DNA of 64,000 nt from Felis catus (taxonomy: Eukaryota): positions 41,292,001-41,356,000 of the forward strand of contig NC_058381.1 in the NCBI RefSeq assembly GCF_018350175.1, given 5' to 3'. A program made the position numbers and the translations under genes. Below are positions 38,861 to 62,086 of the stretch, piece by piece. The notes beneath the pieces are model-generated. The model was not told the DNA's origin. It saw nothing but the letters and a program-made list of their open reading frames with translations, and searched no databases. Numbering within the stretch: the stretch's first letter is position 1; each line of letters opens with the position of its first letter.

Positions 38861-39252
38861 GTTGCCGCTCCGCCCTTCGTAGCCCCAAGGCGCGGGGCTT
38901 GCTGGGAATAGCCGTCCTTGGCCGCAGCAGCGGACTCTGGGAATTGTAGTCCGCGTTTTCTTTCGCGAGGGGAGTGCGGCTCTTGGCCTTAGGGGAAGGG
39001 GGGCGGGGGTGGCAAACCAGCCGAGCTTTCTGATTGGCTGAGGGGTCCGTGGCCGTTAGGGCGAGAAAGGGCTGTAGAAGGCTCGAGGCAGTGGGGGAAA
39101 CTGGGTTTTCCTCAGACTTGAGGTGAAGACAAGCACACAGAAGGGGACGAGGAGTCCCAGACAAGAGTGTGGCGGAAGACTCGGGGGTGAAGCTAAGGGG
39201 GTCGGTTTATGGATCCCGTGAGCCGTCCGGGTGCCCCCAAAGGCTTCTGAAA
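38861..39252. promoter_or_regulatory. Bidirectional CpG promoter COA3/CNTD1
   Basis: Head-to-head ATGs 392 nt apart; ACTACAATTCCCA (ZNF143/THAP11-type) on - at 38938-38950; GC box ~39000; inverted CCAAT (ATTGG) ~39033. Confidence 0.85.
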
Positions 39253-39421
39253 ATGCAGGAACCTGTGAGGTCAAGATTGGCCTCCCTCAGTGACTTTCAA
39301 TTTGGAGCTGTTGCCACAGAGACGATCGAAGACGCTCTGCTTCACCTGGCGCAGCAGAACGAGCGAGCCGTGCAGGGGGCTGCCGGCCGGATGGGCAGCT
39401 TCAGGGAGACCCGGATCGTGG
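39253..39421 (+). CDS. CNTD1: CNTD1 exon 1
   Basis: ATG 39253; ends FRETRIV G|GTGTGG. Confidence 0.88.
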
Positions 39422-42400
39422 GTGTGGACCCAGGGCCCGGGAGATGGTTTTGTGGGAGACTGGGGCACCTGTCTGGGAGGCACCCCAGCCTGGAGATTCT
39501 GTTTGCCTTCTTCATTCAAATAAGTGTTGTTAGTAACCACTATATGCGAGGTACAGGGGATACAGTGATGAACAAGATAACACCAGCACCCTACCCTTGA
39601 TTTCAACCCATGTAGAGTGCTTCTCCACACCGCTTGGCACAGAAGGACAAAACAGAGATTCAGCCCCTGCTTTCAAACCATGCCTAATCTTTAGAGGATA
39701 TTAGAACAAATCTGTAAATGACCAGGTACAGGTACTGTTAGTTAAGTGACACAGCAGATAAAAGAAGCTTTCTGGGGATGGAAAGGAGCGATAGTGTGAG
39801 GTGAGGTTAGGAAGATTTAAGAGTGTTCTCCAGGCATGGTAGACCTCAAAGCAGGATGAGGTTTTGGTTGATGAAGGTGGAGGAGGGAGGGGGGCAGCAT
39901 TTCTACCAAAAGGGGCTAACCTGAGTAAATCCATGGAAACAGGGAAGCTTAGGGTGAGTGTGGGTACGGTGGTTAAGTCCAGGTTGTCCAGAGCATGTGG
40001 AAGAGGAGTTGAAATTAAGACCAGAAAAGTAGTTTGGAGACATTCCATATGGGACTTTGAATGCCAAGGGCCGGGGTGGGGGACTGTTTATACTTGGCTT
40101 AGTAGGAAAACAAGAAGGCATTGAAGGTTTTCAAATAGGGGAGTGATATGACTGTAACCTTCCCCCTAGAAAAAATTATTTTGGCTGCGATGTATAGAAT
40201 GGAGTGGAGTAGGGAGGGATAGGAGAGAGGTAGACCAGTAGGAATCTTCTGTCACTAGTTTAGGCAATAGGGCAGAGGGAATGACAGGGGAGGATGGATT
40301 AAAAACATTTCAGAGACAAAATCTTGGGTTCTGCAGTGGGTGAATTTAAGAGGTGGAGAAGGCAAAGAAGGCCATACCAAAGGGTTGAGTCTAAGAGAAT
40401 GGGAATATAGTGGTGCCATTAAGAGAAATACATACATCTAGTAAAAAATAATAAAACAGGGCATGACTTTTGTTTGTGAAAGAGAACAGCTTTGGTTTCA
40501 GATCCACTGAGTTTCAGGTGCTTGTAGAACCTCTAAAGGAAGGTTTCTAGTAAGATATTTAAAAAAAAAAAGTCAGAAGAGAGGTCAGAACTAAAGGTAA
40601 CGGTTTTGGAGTTATCTCCATAGTGATACTGTTGAAACTGGTAGAGAATGAGTCTGAGAGGGAGAAAAGAGAAGCAGGTCAAAGACATTTCCTCCCTTGG
40701 GAAACATTTTGTGTTCAGGCAACTGGAGTAGGGAGAAGAGTCATGAAGGAAATTCTTAAAAATAGGGAGATAGGAACAGAACCAAGGCACCTCTGGAAGC
40801 CAAGAGGAGAGTTTCAAGAAGGATGATGGTCAGCAATTTCAGCTGCCTCAGGGATATGAACGACAGGATTGAAAGTTGCAAAAAGGTGATGATGTTTAAC
40901 AGTTTGGACCTGTTTTCTGGCCTTTGAGACCATCATTCCGGCAAGTTGATAAAAGTAGAAGCCAAACCACAGAACGTCAGGGAATTCACAAGGAAGTGGA
41001 AGCAGCAGGTTTGAGCAAAGGCTCTCAAGAAAGTTAACAGTGATGCAAAACTAGCTTAAGAGGATAGAAGGGGAGGGTCTTTCAGGTAAATGATGTATGT
41101 TTTTAAGTGCTGGAGGGAGAGCCAGCAGGAAGGGAAAGCGTAACCACCATCTATTGCATCTAACCCTAGCTCAGTTTGCTTGGCAAATTAAACTAGAAAA
41201 TAGAAACAACTGCCCAGATAATTCAGTCCCAAACCAAACCCAAACAACTACACACACACACACACACACACACACACCCCGAAGAAGTAAGGCCTAACCT
41301 CCAGCAAACAAAAGGACTAATAACACACAGTTACGTGTGCAAGGGCATTTTGCTTAATTGCTTAAACTAATTATCTTCTGCATTGGGCACTGCTAGCAGG
41401 GCTTTAGTTTCTATAACACCCAGGTTTTGTACATATGTGTAACATGTGTTGGGCAGACTGTTCAACTGTCTTGCGCCAGCTTAACTTTTATGTGCCTAAG
41501 AAAGGCAAATTTTCTCTGAAGACACATGGTCATTTGACTATGCATAATTCTTTGCTAACCAGCGCTAAAAGTCCCAAGTTCTGTGGGAGCTTTCTTTGTT
41601 GAGAACTAACATTTACCCTTGTTTCCACCCTCTAATGATAATGCAAACTAAATAGAATTCTATCTGGGGCTGTTCTTTCAAAGAGAAACAGAGGCGGCCT
41701 AAGATTTTGCCAAGGTATCTTGCCCTTCCCATCTTCCCAATGCCCTTGCCCCCCTCACAGAGTGGGCTGTGGTCCCTGACGTAGGGGATATTTCTTCAAA
41801 ACGAGCCACTCCCCAGGAACAAACTTGCTCCTGCGGACAGGCCCAGCCACTGCAGATTTACCCAACAAACGGGTGGTGGAGAGATGGTGTCCAGCTGTAA
41901 GGTGAATCCTGTTTGTAAAGCAGTGGGAGTTCTCCAGAGGGTGGTTACTAAACAAACACTGTTACGAAGAGTATTGAAGCTCCGGGAGGGACTTTTCTGT
42001 TCCTGTCAACATTCCACTGAAAACAGAATATAGGGGTTAGGGTTTTTATCCATCCAAGAATCTCTCTTGAAGCTGGAGGTTCCCAGCATGGTGTAGAGGC
42101 CAACTGGACCAGCTGGTATGTTTGTGTGTAGCTGGCCAAGCCTTTTATCAGCTGAGACCCACAGGAAGGCTCAAGGGTCACCAAGGGGGCTCTGTCCGCT
42201 TGGATCTGCCTGTTGGCAGGAAAGGGAACTAAGCTCAGCTTGTGTTGTTCCAGTCTCCCCCTTCTCAGCCCCTGACCCTCTTCCCTCGGCCCCCTCGTGG
42301 CTTTTACACAATGCCAGGAGTTCACGGAGTGGTTTTGGTTGCACCTTGTGAATTAGGCTCTTCTTTTCTGTTTTGGCAGAGTTTGTTTTTCTCCTGTCTG

Positions 42401-43025
42401 AACAATGGTGTCTGGAGAAATCCGTGAGCTACCAGGCTGTAGAAATCCTAGAAAGGTAAAGCCCTGAGCATAGGTCTTTGTGAGTGGTACCTCTCAGAAT
42501 AGCTAATGTCTCCAAGTCTTAAAAAAGTACAGTTGTCCCTTACCATGAGGCCTGGTTTTACACCCTCTGTTACTTACAAATGCACATGTCTCACCAAGGG
42601 ACTGATATCGGAGAGGAGGAGATATAGCATAGTTCGATAGCACAAACTCCCTTTAGTTTGAGTGAGTGCGGATGGTTTACTCTCCCCTGCCCTTCCTTAC
42701 AGGTTTATGGTTAAGCAGGCAGAGAATATCTGTAGGCAAGCCACGGCCCAGCTGAGAGAGAAGACGGAGCCTCAGAATTGGAAAGCTCTGAAAGAACAGC
42801 TTTCCAACAAGTTCATCCTGCGTCTTGTGTCATGTGTTCAACTGGCGAGCAAACTTTCCTTCCACTACAAAGTAAGGAACTGGGGTCTCTCGTGGACACC
42901 TGAATGTTAGGAGAAACCAGCTCGTCCAAAGGTGACTGTGAGAAACCTGCTCCTAAGCTAGGTGTTACTACTCCTGTGGAAATTCCAGAGTGTGATTATG
43001 CTTCCTAGGCATACCTCCTACACAT

Positions 43026-43060
<35 letters not shown>

Positions 43061-46000
43061 CACACAGAGGCAGTTATTAAATAGCCTGAAGTTCTGTTCC
43101 CAAAGTATAATTGCTGGACAGATGCCACCATTCATACAGGTCACCTTTCCTCCCCTTGGACTCAAGGACAGTTTACATAAGGTGCCTGAATTACCAACAG
43201 ACCTATCAGTATTAAAGACAAATGGTCACATTTATAGGGGATAAAATGTTTCCATACCCCTACCCAATGCCTGTATAGTAAAATACCATTCACTCAACAA
43301 ATGTTCACTGTCTTCTATGGTCAGATGCTGCACTAGGTGCCATGGGTACAACATTAAACATATTGCCTGCGATCTCAAGGAATTTATTATCCAATAAGAG
43401 AAGACATGCAGGCAAATAATGTGGGAGAGTGCTCTGATTAGTGTAAATACAGATGGCTATGAATGTACACCCACAGCCTTGGAGAGTCAAGGAAGTATAT
43501 TTAGAGACCATGACTTTTTGAAGGGGGTATGGGCAGGAGATGGGAAGGTCCTTAAAAAAGATGGAGAGGAGTTAAGGAAAATGGGGAGAGAGGAGGGGGA
43601 GGAAAGGGAGATCCAGATATAGGAAACAGCACGCATACAGGCCTGGAGAGCTGGACGGGCTCAGAAACTGCAAGTAACCCTATATGACGGCGTGGGGGCG
43701 TAAGGGGCAATTACTAAGAGAGAAGACGCGATGAAGGCATGGGCTGGATTGTGAAAAGCTTTGTATACTGTGCCAAGATGTATGACCTTTATTCTGACAC
43801 CCTTCTCTCCCTCTCACTGTTTTGTTTTTCTTTGCTCAGATTATCAGCAACATTACAGTCCTGAATTTCCTCCAGTCTCTGGGGTATGTGCACACTAAGG
43901 AGGAACTGCTGGAGTCAGAGCTTGATGTTTTGAAGTCCCTGAACTTCCAAATCAATCTGCCTACTCCCCTGGCATATGTAGAGATGCTTCTGGAGGTTTT
44001 AGGTACTTTATTACGTGTGTCAGAGAACATGGGTTGGAGTCGTCCATAGAAGGCAACAAGAATGTGCCCAGAGGTTTGGAAGCCGTGGAAAGAACCTGCC
44101 AATGAGAAACAGCAGGAAGTCGGGGGTGGGGGGGAGCAGGAAGACTGGGGACACAGTCAAGTGTCCCCTCTGGTACTTGTCAGGGAAGGAAACTCAGGTC
44201 TCAGCACCTGGCTTCTATTTGGACTCACTAGGCACTCTTGCTGTAGGATCAAAGAGGTGATTTTCTAGAGAGGTATGAGATAAGATGGGAACAAACAAAT
44301 ATACTCTTATCTGTATATATACTGTAGATGGAGATTTCTCTACCTCTCCCTTTATCCTTTTTTTCTTTAACATTTATTTTTGAGAGAGAGAAAGAGAGAG
44401 TGGGGGGGGGGAGGGGCAGAGAGAGAGGGAGACACAGAATCTGAAGCAGGCTCCAGGCTCTGAGATGTCAGCATAGAGCCTGACATGGGCCTCAAATGCG
44501 TGAACCGCAAGATCATGACCTGAACCAAAGTTGGATGCTTGATGGACTGAGTCACCAGGCACCCCTCCCTTTATCCTTTAAAATTGACCTCCTGGGGCAC
44601 CTTGGTTTAGGCTCAGGTCATGATCTCATGGTTTGTGAGATCAAGCCCCATGTCAGGCTCTACACTGGCAGCACGATGCCTTCTTGGGATTCTCTCTCTC
44701 TGCCCCTCCCCTGCTCGAACGCACACACTCTCTCTCAAAATAAACATTTTAAAATTGACCTCCAAAAAAATAAAAAATAAAATTGACCTCCCAACTAAAG
44801 AGATTTCCTACAGAACTCATTATCATTAGCTCAAGAGCTTTATGTCACATGACAACGGTGATTACGGTCAGAGAAGATGCACTTAATGTTCTTTACCATG
44901 CCCACACTCCATCTAGGATACAATGGCTGTTTGGTCCCAGCCACACAGCTGCATGCAACCTGCCTGACCCTGCTCGACCTTGTCTATCTCCTGCACGAAC
45001 CCGTATATGAGAGCCTGCTCAGGGCTTCCATTGAAAACTCCATACCCAGTCAGCTGCAAGGGTAAGGCAACTCCTTTAGGGTAGGCCTCTTCCAGAAATA
45101 GCGAGTTAGGAGCATACCTCGAGAACATACCATGGGAATGGAATTTCCCCAGTAAGGCATCCAGGCCACAGATAACCTGCACAGGTTACCTGTTTTTAAT
45201 TAACTTCCAGTATTGCTTGGATGCAGATGACTAAGCCCAATCAGCAAAACTCTGAAGTATTTCGTTTTAAATTTAAATGACTTCAGGTAATTAACATACT
45301 TTCTTTCTTAGTTCTTCCTTTATGGCTGCTTAAATTTGAGATTACTGGACGGCCCTTATAGTCACAGGGCTGCAACTTGGACAAAAGTGTTTGATTACTG
45401 TAAAGTCAAACTGGTAAAAAGACTCACAGTTACATTTGTTAGGAAGACCGATGGGACAACAAAAGGCCCATAAACGAGTCAGAAGGCTCAGGTTTTAATC
45501 CCGGTTGGGCTGGGGAGGGGGTCAATTAGCTATAATTTGGCCATTTCCTTCCATATCTCAAAAAGTCCAAGATGATCAACATAAACAACTCTTAGTTGAA
45601 GTTCCATGACCCTCGGGTTTGGAAGATCAAATTTCATTCTAGCTCCAAAATTAATATGGTTTTAATCACTCAGGGAGAAGTTTGCTTCAGTGAAGGAAGA
45701 CTTCATGCTGTTGGGAGTAGGAATCATTGCGGCAAGTGCTTTCATCCAAAACCATGAGTGCTGGAGCCAGGTACGCACCACTGAGCAGGACCAGCACGGT
45801 CAGAATTCACTTAATAGAAAGCATTCTCCCATCAGTTAAAGGAAAAGAAAAGACAACTTCTAAATGATAAGTCCAGACCCAGGATTAGGATGAATAAGCA
45901 GGATTTGGGAGAGGAAATGCTAGAGTAGGCCTGAAAAGCGCTCTCCAGTTTTTCCCTTATGGAGCTGGGAATGGAGGTCCGTGTTCAGCTCGTTCATTTC

Positions 46001-46515
46001 CCTTTCTGACAATATCCACTATCATGTTCAAGTCCAGTAAGTATATCGTCCCAAATAGAAGACAATGTCAAGGCCCAAGTGTCCCATTTATATTTCACAG
46101 ACCTTATCTCCAGCACAATGAGATGTCTAGCAGAAACTTTCCAGGCTAACACTATCAGGGTAAAGGTATCCATCCCAATGTAATTTGGCCATTGGCAAAC
46201 ACTGGGATCTGGATTTAATCATCTCGGTAAACTCAGAGAAATGAAAAAATTTACATCTGGCTTGAGAGAACAGCATGAGCGATGTGTCTGTGCACTAAAA
46301 CACGTGGAGATTATTTAGTAATAAAAAAAATCCGTCTATTTCTGAAGGTTGTGGAGCATTTGCAGAGCATCACTGGCATTGCCCTGGAAAGCATCGCTGA
46401 GTTCTCTTACGCAATCCTGACTCACAGCGTGGGCGCCAACACTCCAGGGCGACAGCCTGTCCCCCCCCACCTGGAGGCCAGAGCTCTGCGGGCTGCCACT
46501 TCCTCCAACACGTGA
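39253..46515 (+). CDS. CNTD1: Cyclin N-terminal domain-containing 1; join(39253-39421,42380-42455,42703-42871,43840-44002,44917-45061,45674-45770,46348-46515), 328 aa
   Basis: MQEPVRSRLASLSDFQFGAVATETIEDALLHLAQQN...EFVFLLSEQWCLEKSVSYQAVEILERFMVKQAE...LVSCVQLASKLSF...ELLESELDVLKSLNFQINLPTPLAY...ALRAATSSNT*; 987 nt, phases consistent. Confidence 0.95.
39520..41100. mobile_element. L2-like remnants (also ~12760-13500, 30050-31400, 43260-43800, 51350-52035)
   Basis: Purine-skewed degraded sequence with L2-type phrases (GGCATTGAAGGTTTT...GGGGAGTGATATGA); boundaries approximate. Confidence 0.5.
42380..42455 (+). CDS. CNTD1: CNTD1 exon 2
   Basis: FVFLLSEQWCLEKSVSYQAVEILE; AG|GTAAA. Confidence 0.93.
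42703..42871 (+). CDS. CNTD1: CNTD1 exon 3
   Basis: FMVKQAENICRQAT...LASKLSFHYK; |GTAAG. Confidence 0.93.
43840..44002 (+). CDS. CNTD1: CNTD1 exon 4
   Basis: IISNITVLNFLQSLGY...MLLEVL; G|GTACT. Confidence 0.93.
44361..44791. mobile_element. Head-to-head SINEC pair in CNTD1 intron 4: 44361-44564 (-), 44594-44749 (+)
   Basis: TSDs CTCCCTTTATCCTTT and TAAAATTGACCTCC. Confidence 0.85.
44917..45061 (+). CDS. CNTD1: CNTD1 exon 5
   Basis: YNGCLVPATQLHATCLTLLDLVYLLHEP...PSQLQ; GG|GTAAG. Confidence 0.93.
45674..45770 (+). CDS. CNTD1: CNTD1 exon 6
   Basis: EKFASVKEDFMLLGVGIIAASAFIQNHECWSQ; |GTACG. Confidence 0.92.
46348..46515 (+). CDS. CNTD1: CNTD1 exon 7 (stop)
   Basis: VVEHLQSITGIALESIAEFSYAILTHS...SSNT TGA. 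Confidence 0.92.
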   Translation, partial: VVEHLQSITGIALESIAEFSYAILTHSVGANTPGRQPVPPHLEARALRAATSSNT

Positions 46516-47158
46516 GGAGGGCTCCACCCGCCAAGTATGCAACAGCCTTCACCACTGCGCTTATCCCTCCTTTTGTTTACTCTTCAACTCAGGGTACAAA
46601 AGTTCCGAGTATCTTTTGGACTATGTTTTGTGTTCCAACTTCATGTGCACTTTTCTGCATCAGACAAAGAGTTAAAGTTGACAAGCATGTCCTTTTTGTT
46701 GTATCAGACTGAAAATGTCAAGGAGCTGGGAGGAGATAGAACATTAGTGAAGTTGGTTCGTTTTTGTTTAACAAGGTATTTATAGCTTTTCCTTAGCTGT
46801 TCATTTCACTGAAAGAGAACATAGGATGTGGACATTAGTGTTAACCAGGGGCTTGAAAACCGAGACTGTTTGGGTGACCTTGACTGAGCATCAAGGAGGC
46901 AGCCTTTATTTCCCCTTCAAGTTAGTTTAACATCTCTGTTCTGTCATTGACATGTACACAAATAGGGCTTCCTCCACAGCTGTCTATTGCCATTAGTCTT
47001 TTTTAAAACTAACACCAATCCATCTCTAAACATGTTTCAACAGAGCTTTCACATACCTGCACTTGAACTCAATACTCCCAGGATACAAAGTGCTCTATTT
47101 CAGTCAACAAAAAAACCAGCAGTGCACTTCTGGGCAGTTATCAGACTGCAGTAAATCT

Positions 47159-47164
47159 TTTATT
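47159..47164 (-). terminator. BECN1 polyadenylation signal (second candidate at 46905-46910)
   Basis: TTTATT on + = AATAAA on -, ~620 nt downstream of the BECN1 stop. Confidence 0.7.
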
Positions 47165-47784
47165 ACAAATAATTAAATCTCTCCATAATGTCTCAAACAA
47201 TATCAAACACCATTTCATATCTCTAACAGAGAGCAGAATAGGCATTCAGCACTGGAAGCAAGTGAGGACAAGTGTTAAATTTCAAGCTTCTGATCACATC
47301 ATCTGGTGACCAAAGCTTACGTGTCATTTTCTCACGTTATCCAGCTGTACGTCTCACACATCTCGTCGTCTCAGTGGAGACAAAAGTTTCTATTTCATAT
47401 TGTAAGTGCAGGAAGTTGAGAGAGATAAAACCCAGTGAAAACACATTGATCTCAATTCAACTCAGTTAACAAAACAAAAACAAAAACAAAAACAATTTTA
47501 AATTAGTTGTTTTGAGGGGAGAGAGGGAAAGGAAGGTTTGGGGTTAAGAGTCAAACCTATGACAAAGGCTGATAGCTGTACATGACACATTGTAGCCCTG
47601 GAAACTATCTGTCACATGATATCCTGAAATAAAGTGGCTTTTGTAGATTTTTTCTGTTTTGGTATTGTAAACATGTGCTGTTAATAGTACCCGAATTTAA
47701 TTTAAAACTTTTTTTTTTTTTTTTTTTTTGCAAACAAAACAAAATCTAAAGCCTTTAAGGCAAACATCTCCCTAAGAAAAAAAG

Positions 47785-59838
<12,054 letters not shown>

Positions 59839-60087
59839 TTAGGGAGAATCAGCGCCCTCGAGCCCCTGGTCCGAGGCTACCACCTGCCTTGCTGGTGTAG
59901 TCAAGGGGGCAAATCCTCGCCCGCGCCGTTCCCTGTAGGAACGGTCTGATACCAGGCAGACCCGTTTCCGGGGCAGCGCTGGCAAAGGCAATTTACCAGC
60001 CCAGAGTCAGGGAGGGGCTGCAACAGGGGCCGTCAGGGTTCCCAGGCTCCCTTCTAAGGCCCCGGCTCAGCCCCCGACGCCCGTCAC

Positions 60088-60235
60088 CTTGGAACCCGGT
60101 GCCCGCCACCGTGGTCCGGTCTACCGCGGGGGCACCGTGGCGTCGGGTCTGCCCCGGAGGGAGGCCTCCAGAACTGCCATCGCCCAGTCTTCAGCTACTT
60201 CCCGGTCGGCCAGGGGAGGACTTCCGCCCGGACCG
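60088..60235 (-). other. BECN1: BECN1 non-coding exon 1 (5'UTR; TSS approximate)
   Basis: Donor CCAAG|GTGACGG at 60088/60087 inside the CpG island, upstream of the exon 2 acceptor. Confidence 0.75.
60121..60180 (-). CDS. Upstream ORF in BECN1 5'UTR, MAVLEASLRGRPDATVPPR*
   Basis: GGGCG ATG G (strong Kozak), 19 codons, TAG; ends 35 nt before the main ATG in the spliced mRNA. Confidence 0.6.
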   Translation of the reverse strand: MAVLEASLRGRPDATVPPR

Positions 60236-60619
60236 GACGTGACGCCACGACCGCCCTGCCGGCGCTCCAGAGGTCAGAACGGGTCCACTCGCCTACGGGC
60301 CCCGTCGCGCCCCCTAGAGGCTAAGCTGGGAAGCGCGGCAGGCGTCGGCGGGTGGGCAAAGGTAGCGAGGGGAGGTGAAGGACGAGTTGAGAATGAGGAG
60401 ACTGCCGGTTTGTAATTCTGTGACTTTTCTTTAGATTTGTCACTTCCGGGCGGAACCACTTTATTTCTTCTTGCAGTATCAGTTTTAAAAGTTTCTCCTT
60501 GGGAGAACCCGGCTTTCTTTTAAACACCCCTGAAAGTGGTAGACACACTTGGAGGGGAAGGTGAGAAGGTAAATTTTATTGTTTTATTTTATATTTTAAA
60601 TTTTCAGTTATTAATCAGG

Positions 60620-61860
60620 AAAAACCGAGTCCTTCTGATACTAAATATTCAGATATTAAAATTATAAAACGAAAACCTTTTTGTCTTGGTGCAGGAATAG
60701 ACCGATCAATGGAAATAATATAGTTCAAAAATAGACCAAGTGTACAGGGTATTTAGTAGGTGGTAAAGCTAGTATTCCATTTCAGTGGGGAAATGAACTA
60801 CTTAATAAGTGATGAATGGAGCCAAAGAGCCTGAAGATAGTAGATAGTACGTAGTAGTGAGCTGAATCTCTGCCTCCCTGGTTACACCAAAGAAGCTCCA
60901 AGTTTGGTCACAAATTTAAGCATCAAAAATACAATGATTGGGACGCCTGGGTGGCTCAGTCCTTAAGCCTTTGACTTTGGCTCAGGTCGTGATCACATGA
61001 TTCACGAGTTCCAGCGCCCCCATCCGGCTCTCTGCTGTCAGCACAGAGCTTGCTTTGGATCTTCTGTTCCCCTCTTTTTATCCCTCCCCTGCTTGCTCTC
61101 TCTCTCAAAAATAAATAAACATTAAAAATATTTTTAAAAAAAATACAATAACTAAAGGCACCCGATGAAAGCATTTGGTGAATATTTTTTATAATCTTGG
61201 AGTAGAGAAGGTCTGTCTAAGCAGGACATGAAAATCAAAACCCGAAAAAAGGAAAATATTGAATTTTACTCGTTAGAAATTAAAACTTTCCTCACCATCA
61301 ATGACACTGTAAAAAAAAAATTTACAAAAGAAAAATGTAGAAAATGGTTGCAGCTCAAGATAGAAGGGCATTTCCTCAATATACAGAACTCTATTCAATC
61401 CATAAAAATACCAATGGGCCTGGAATGAAATGGGCAAAAAATATGAAAACGCAGCTCACAGAAAAACAAATGATTGATAAAGAAATAGATGTTTCATTTA
61501 ATTTGTAACGAAGTCAATGGAAATTCAACTTAAGTGAGGCAGCATTTCTCACTTATGAGATTGATATAAGCTGAACCGGTTGATATCATCCACTGTTAAC
61601 ATTCGCACAACTATAGAATACCATTGGCTGGGAGTGTACATTAGTATAATCTCTCCAGAGGTCAAATTGGAAATGTCTATCAAAATTTTCAATGTTCATA
61701 TTCTTTGACTTATAAAATCTCTAGGAATTTTCCTAGTAGATATTCAGGTGCACAAATGTATATGTACAAGAATGTTCACTGCTAAATGTCTTTCAGCAAT
61801 AGGGGATTGTTTAAATAAATTGTGGTGTTATTGATTCAGCCGAATACCATGCAATCGTTA
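60620..61860 (+). mobile_element. Old degraded L1 ORF2-region remnant interrupted by a SINEC (60940-61143)
   Basis: A-rich + strand with L1-like phrases (AATAGACCGATCAATGGAA, AAATGGGCAAAAAATATGAA, GTACAAGAATGTTCACTGC); no open frame. Confidence 0.6.
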
Positions 61861-61874
61861 AAAGAAAATAAAGT

Positions 61875-62086
61875 GGGGCGCCTGGGTGGCGCAGTCGGTT
61901 AAGCGTCCGACTTCAGCCAGGTCACGATCTCGCGGTCCGTGAGTTCGAGCCCCGCGTCGGGCTCTGGGCTGATGGCTCAGAGCCTGGAGCCTGTTTCCGA
62001 TTCTGTGTCTCCCTCTCTCTCTGCCCCTCCCCCGTTCATGCTCTGTCTCTCTCTGTCCCCAAAATAAATAAATAAACGTTGAAAAA
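61875..62086 (+). mobile_element. Young felid-type SINEC
   Basis: GGGGCGCCTGGGTGGCGCAGTCGGTTAAGCGTCCGAC...GGGCTCTGGGCTGATGGCTCAG; TSD AAAAGAAAATAAAGT. Confidence 0.92.

Noticed and set aside
61875-61960. tRNA-like A/B boxes
   Set aside because: tRNA-derived head of a SINEC, not a tRNA gene.
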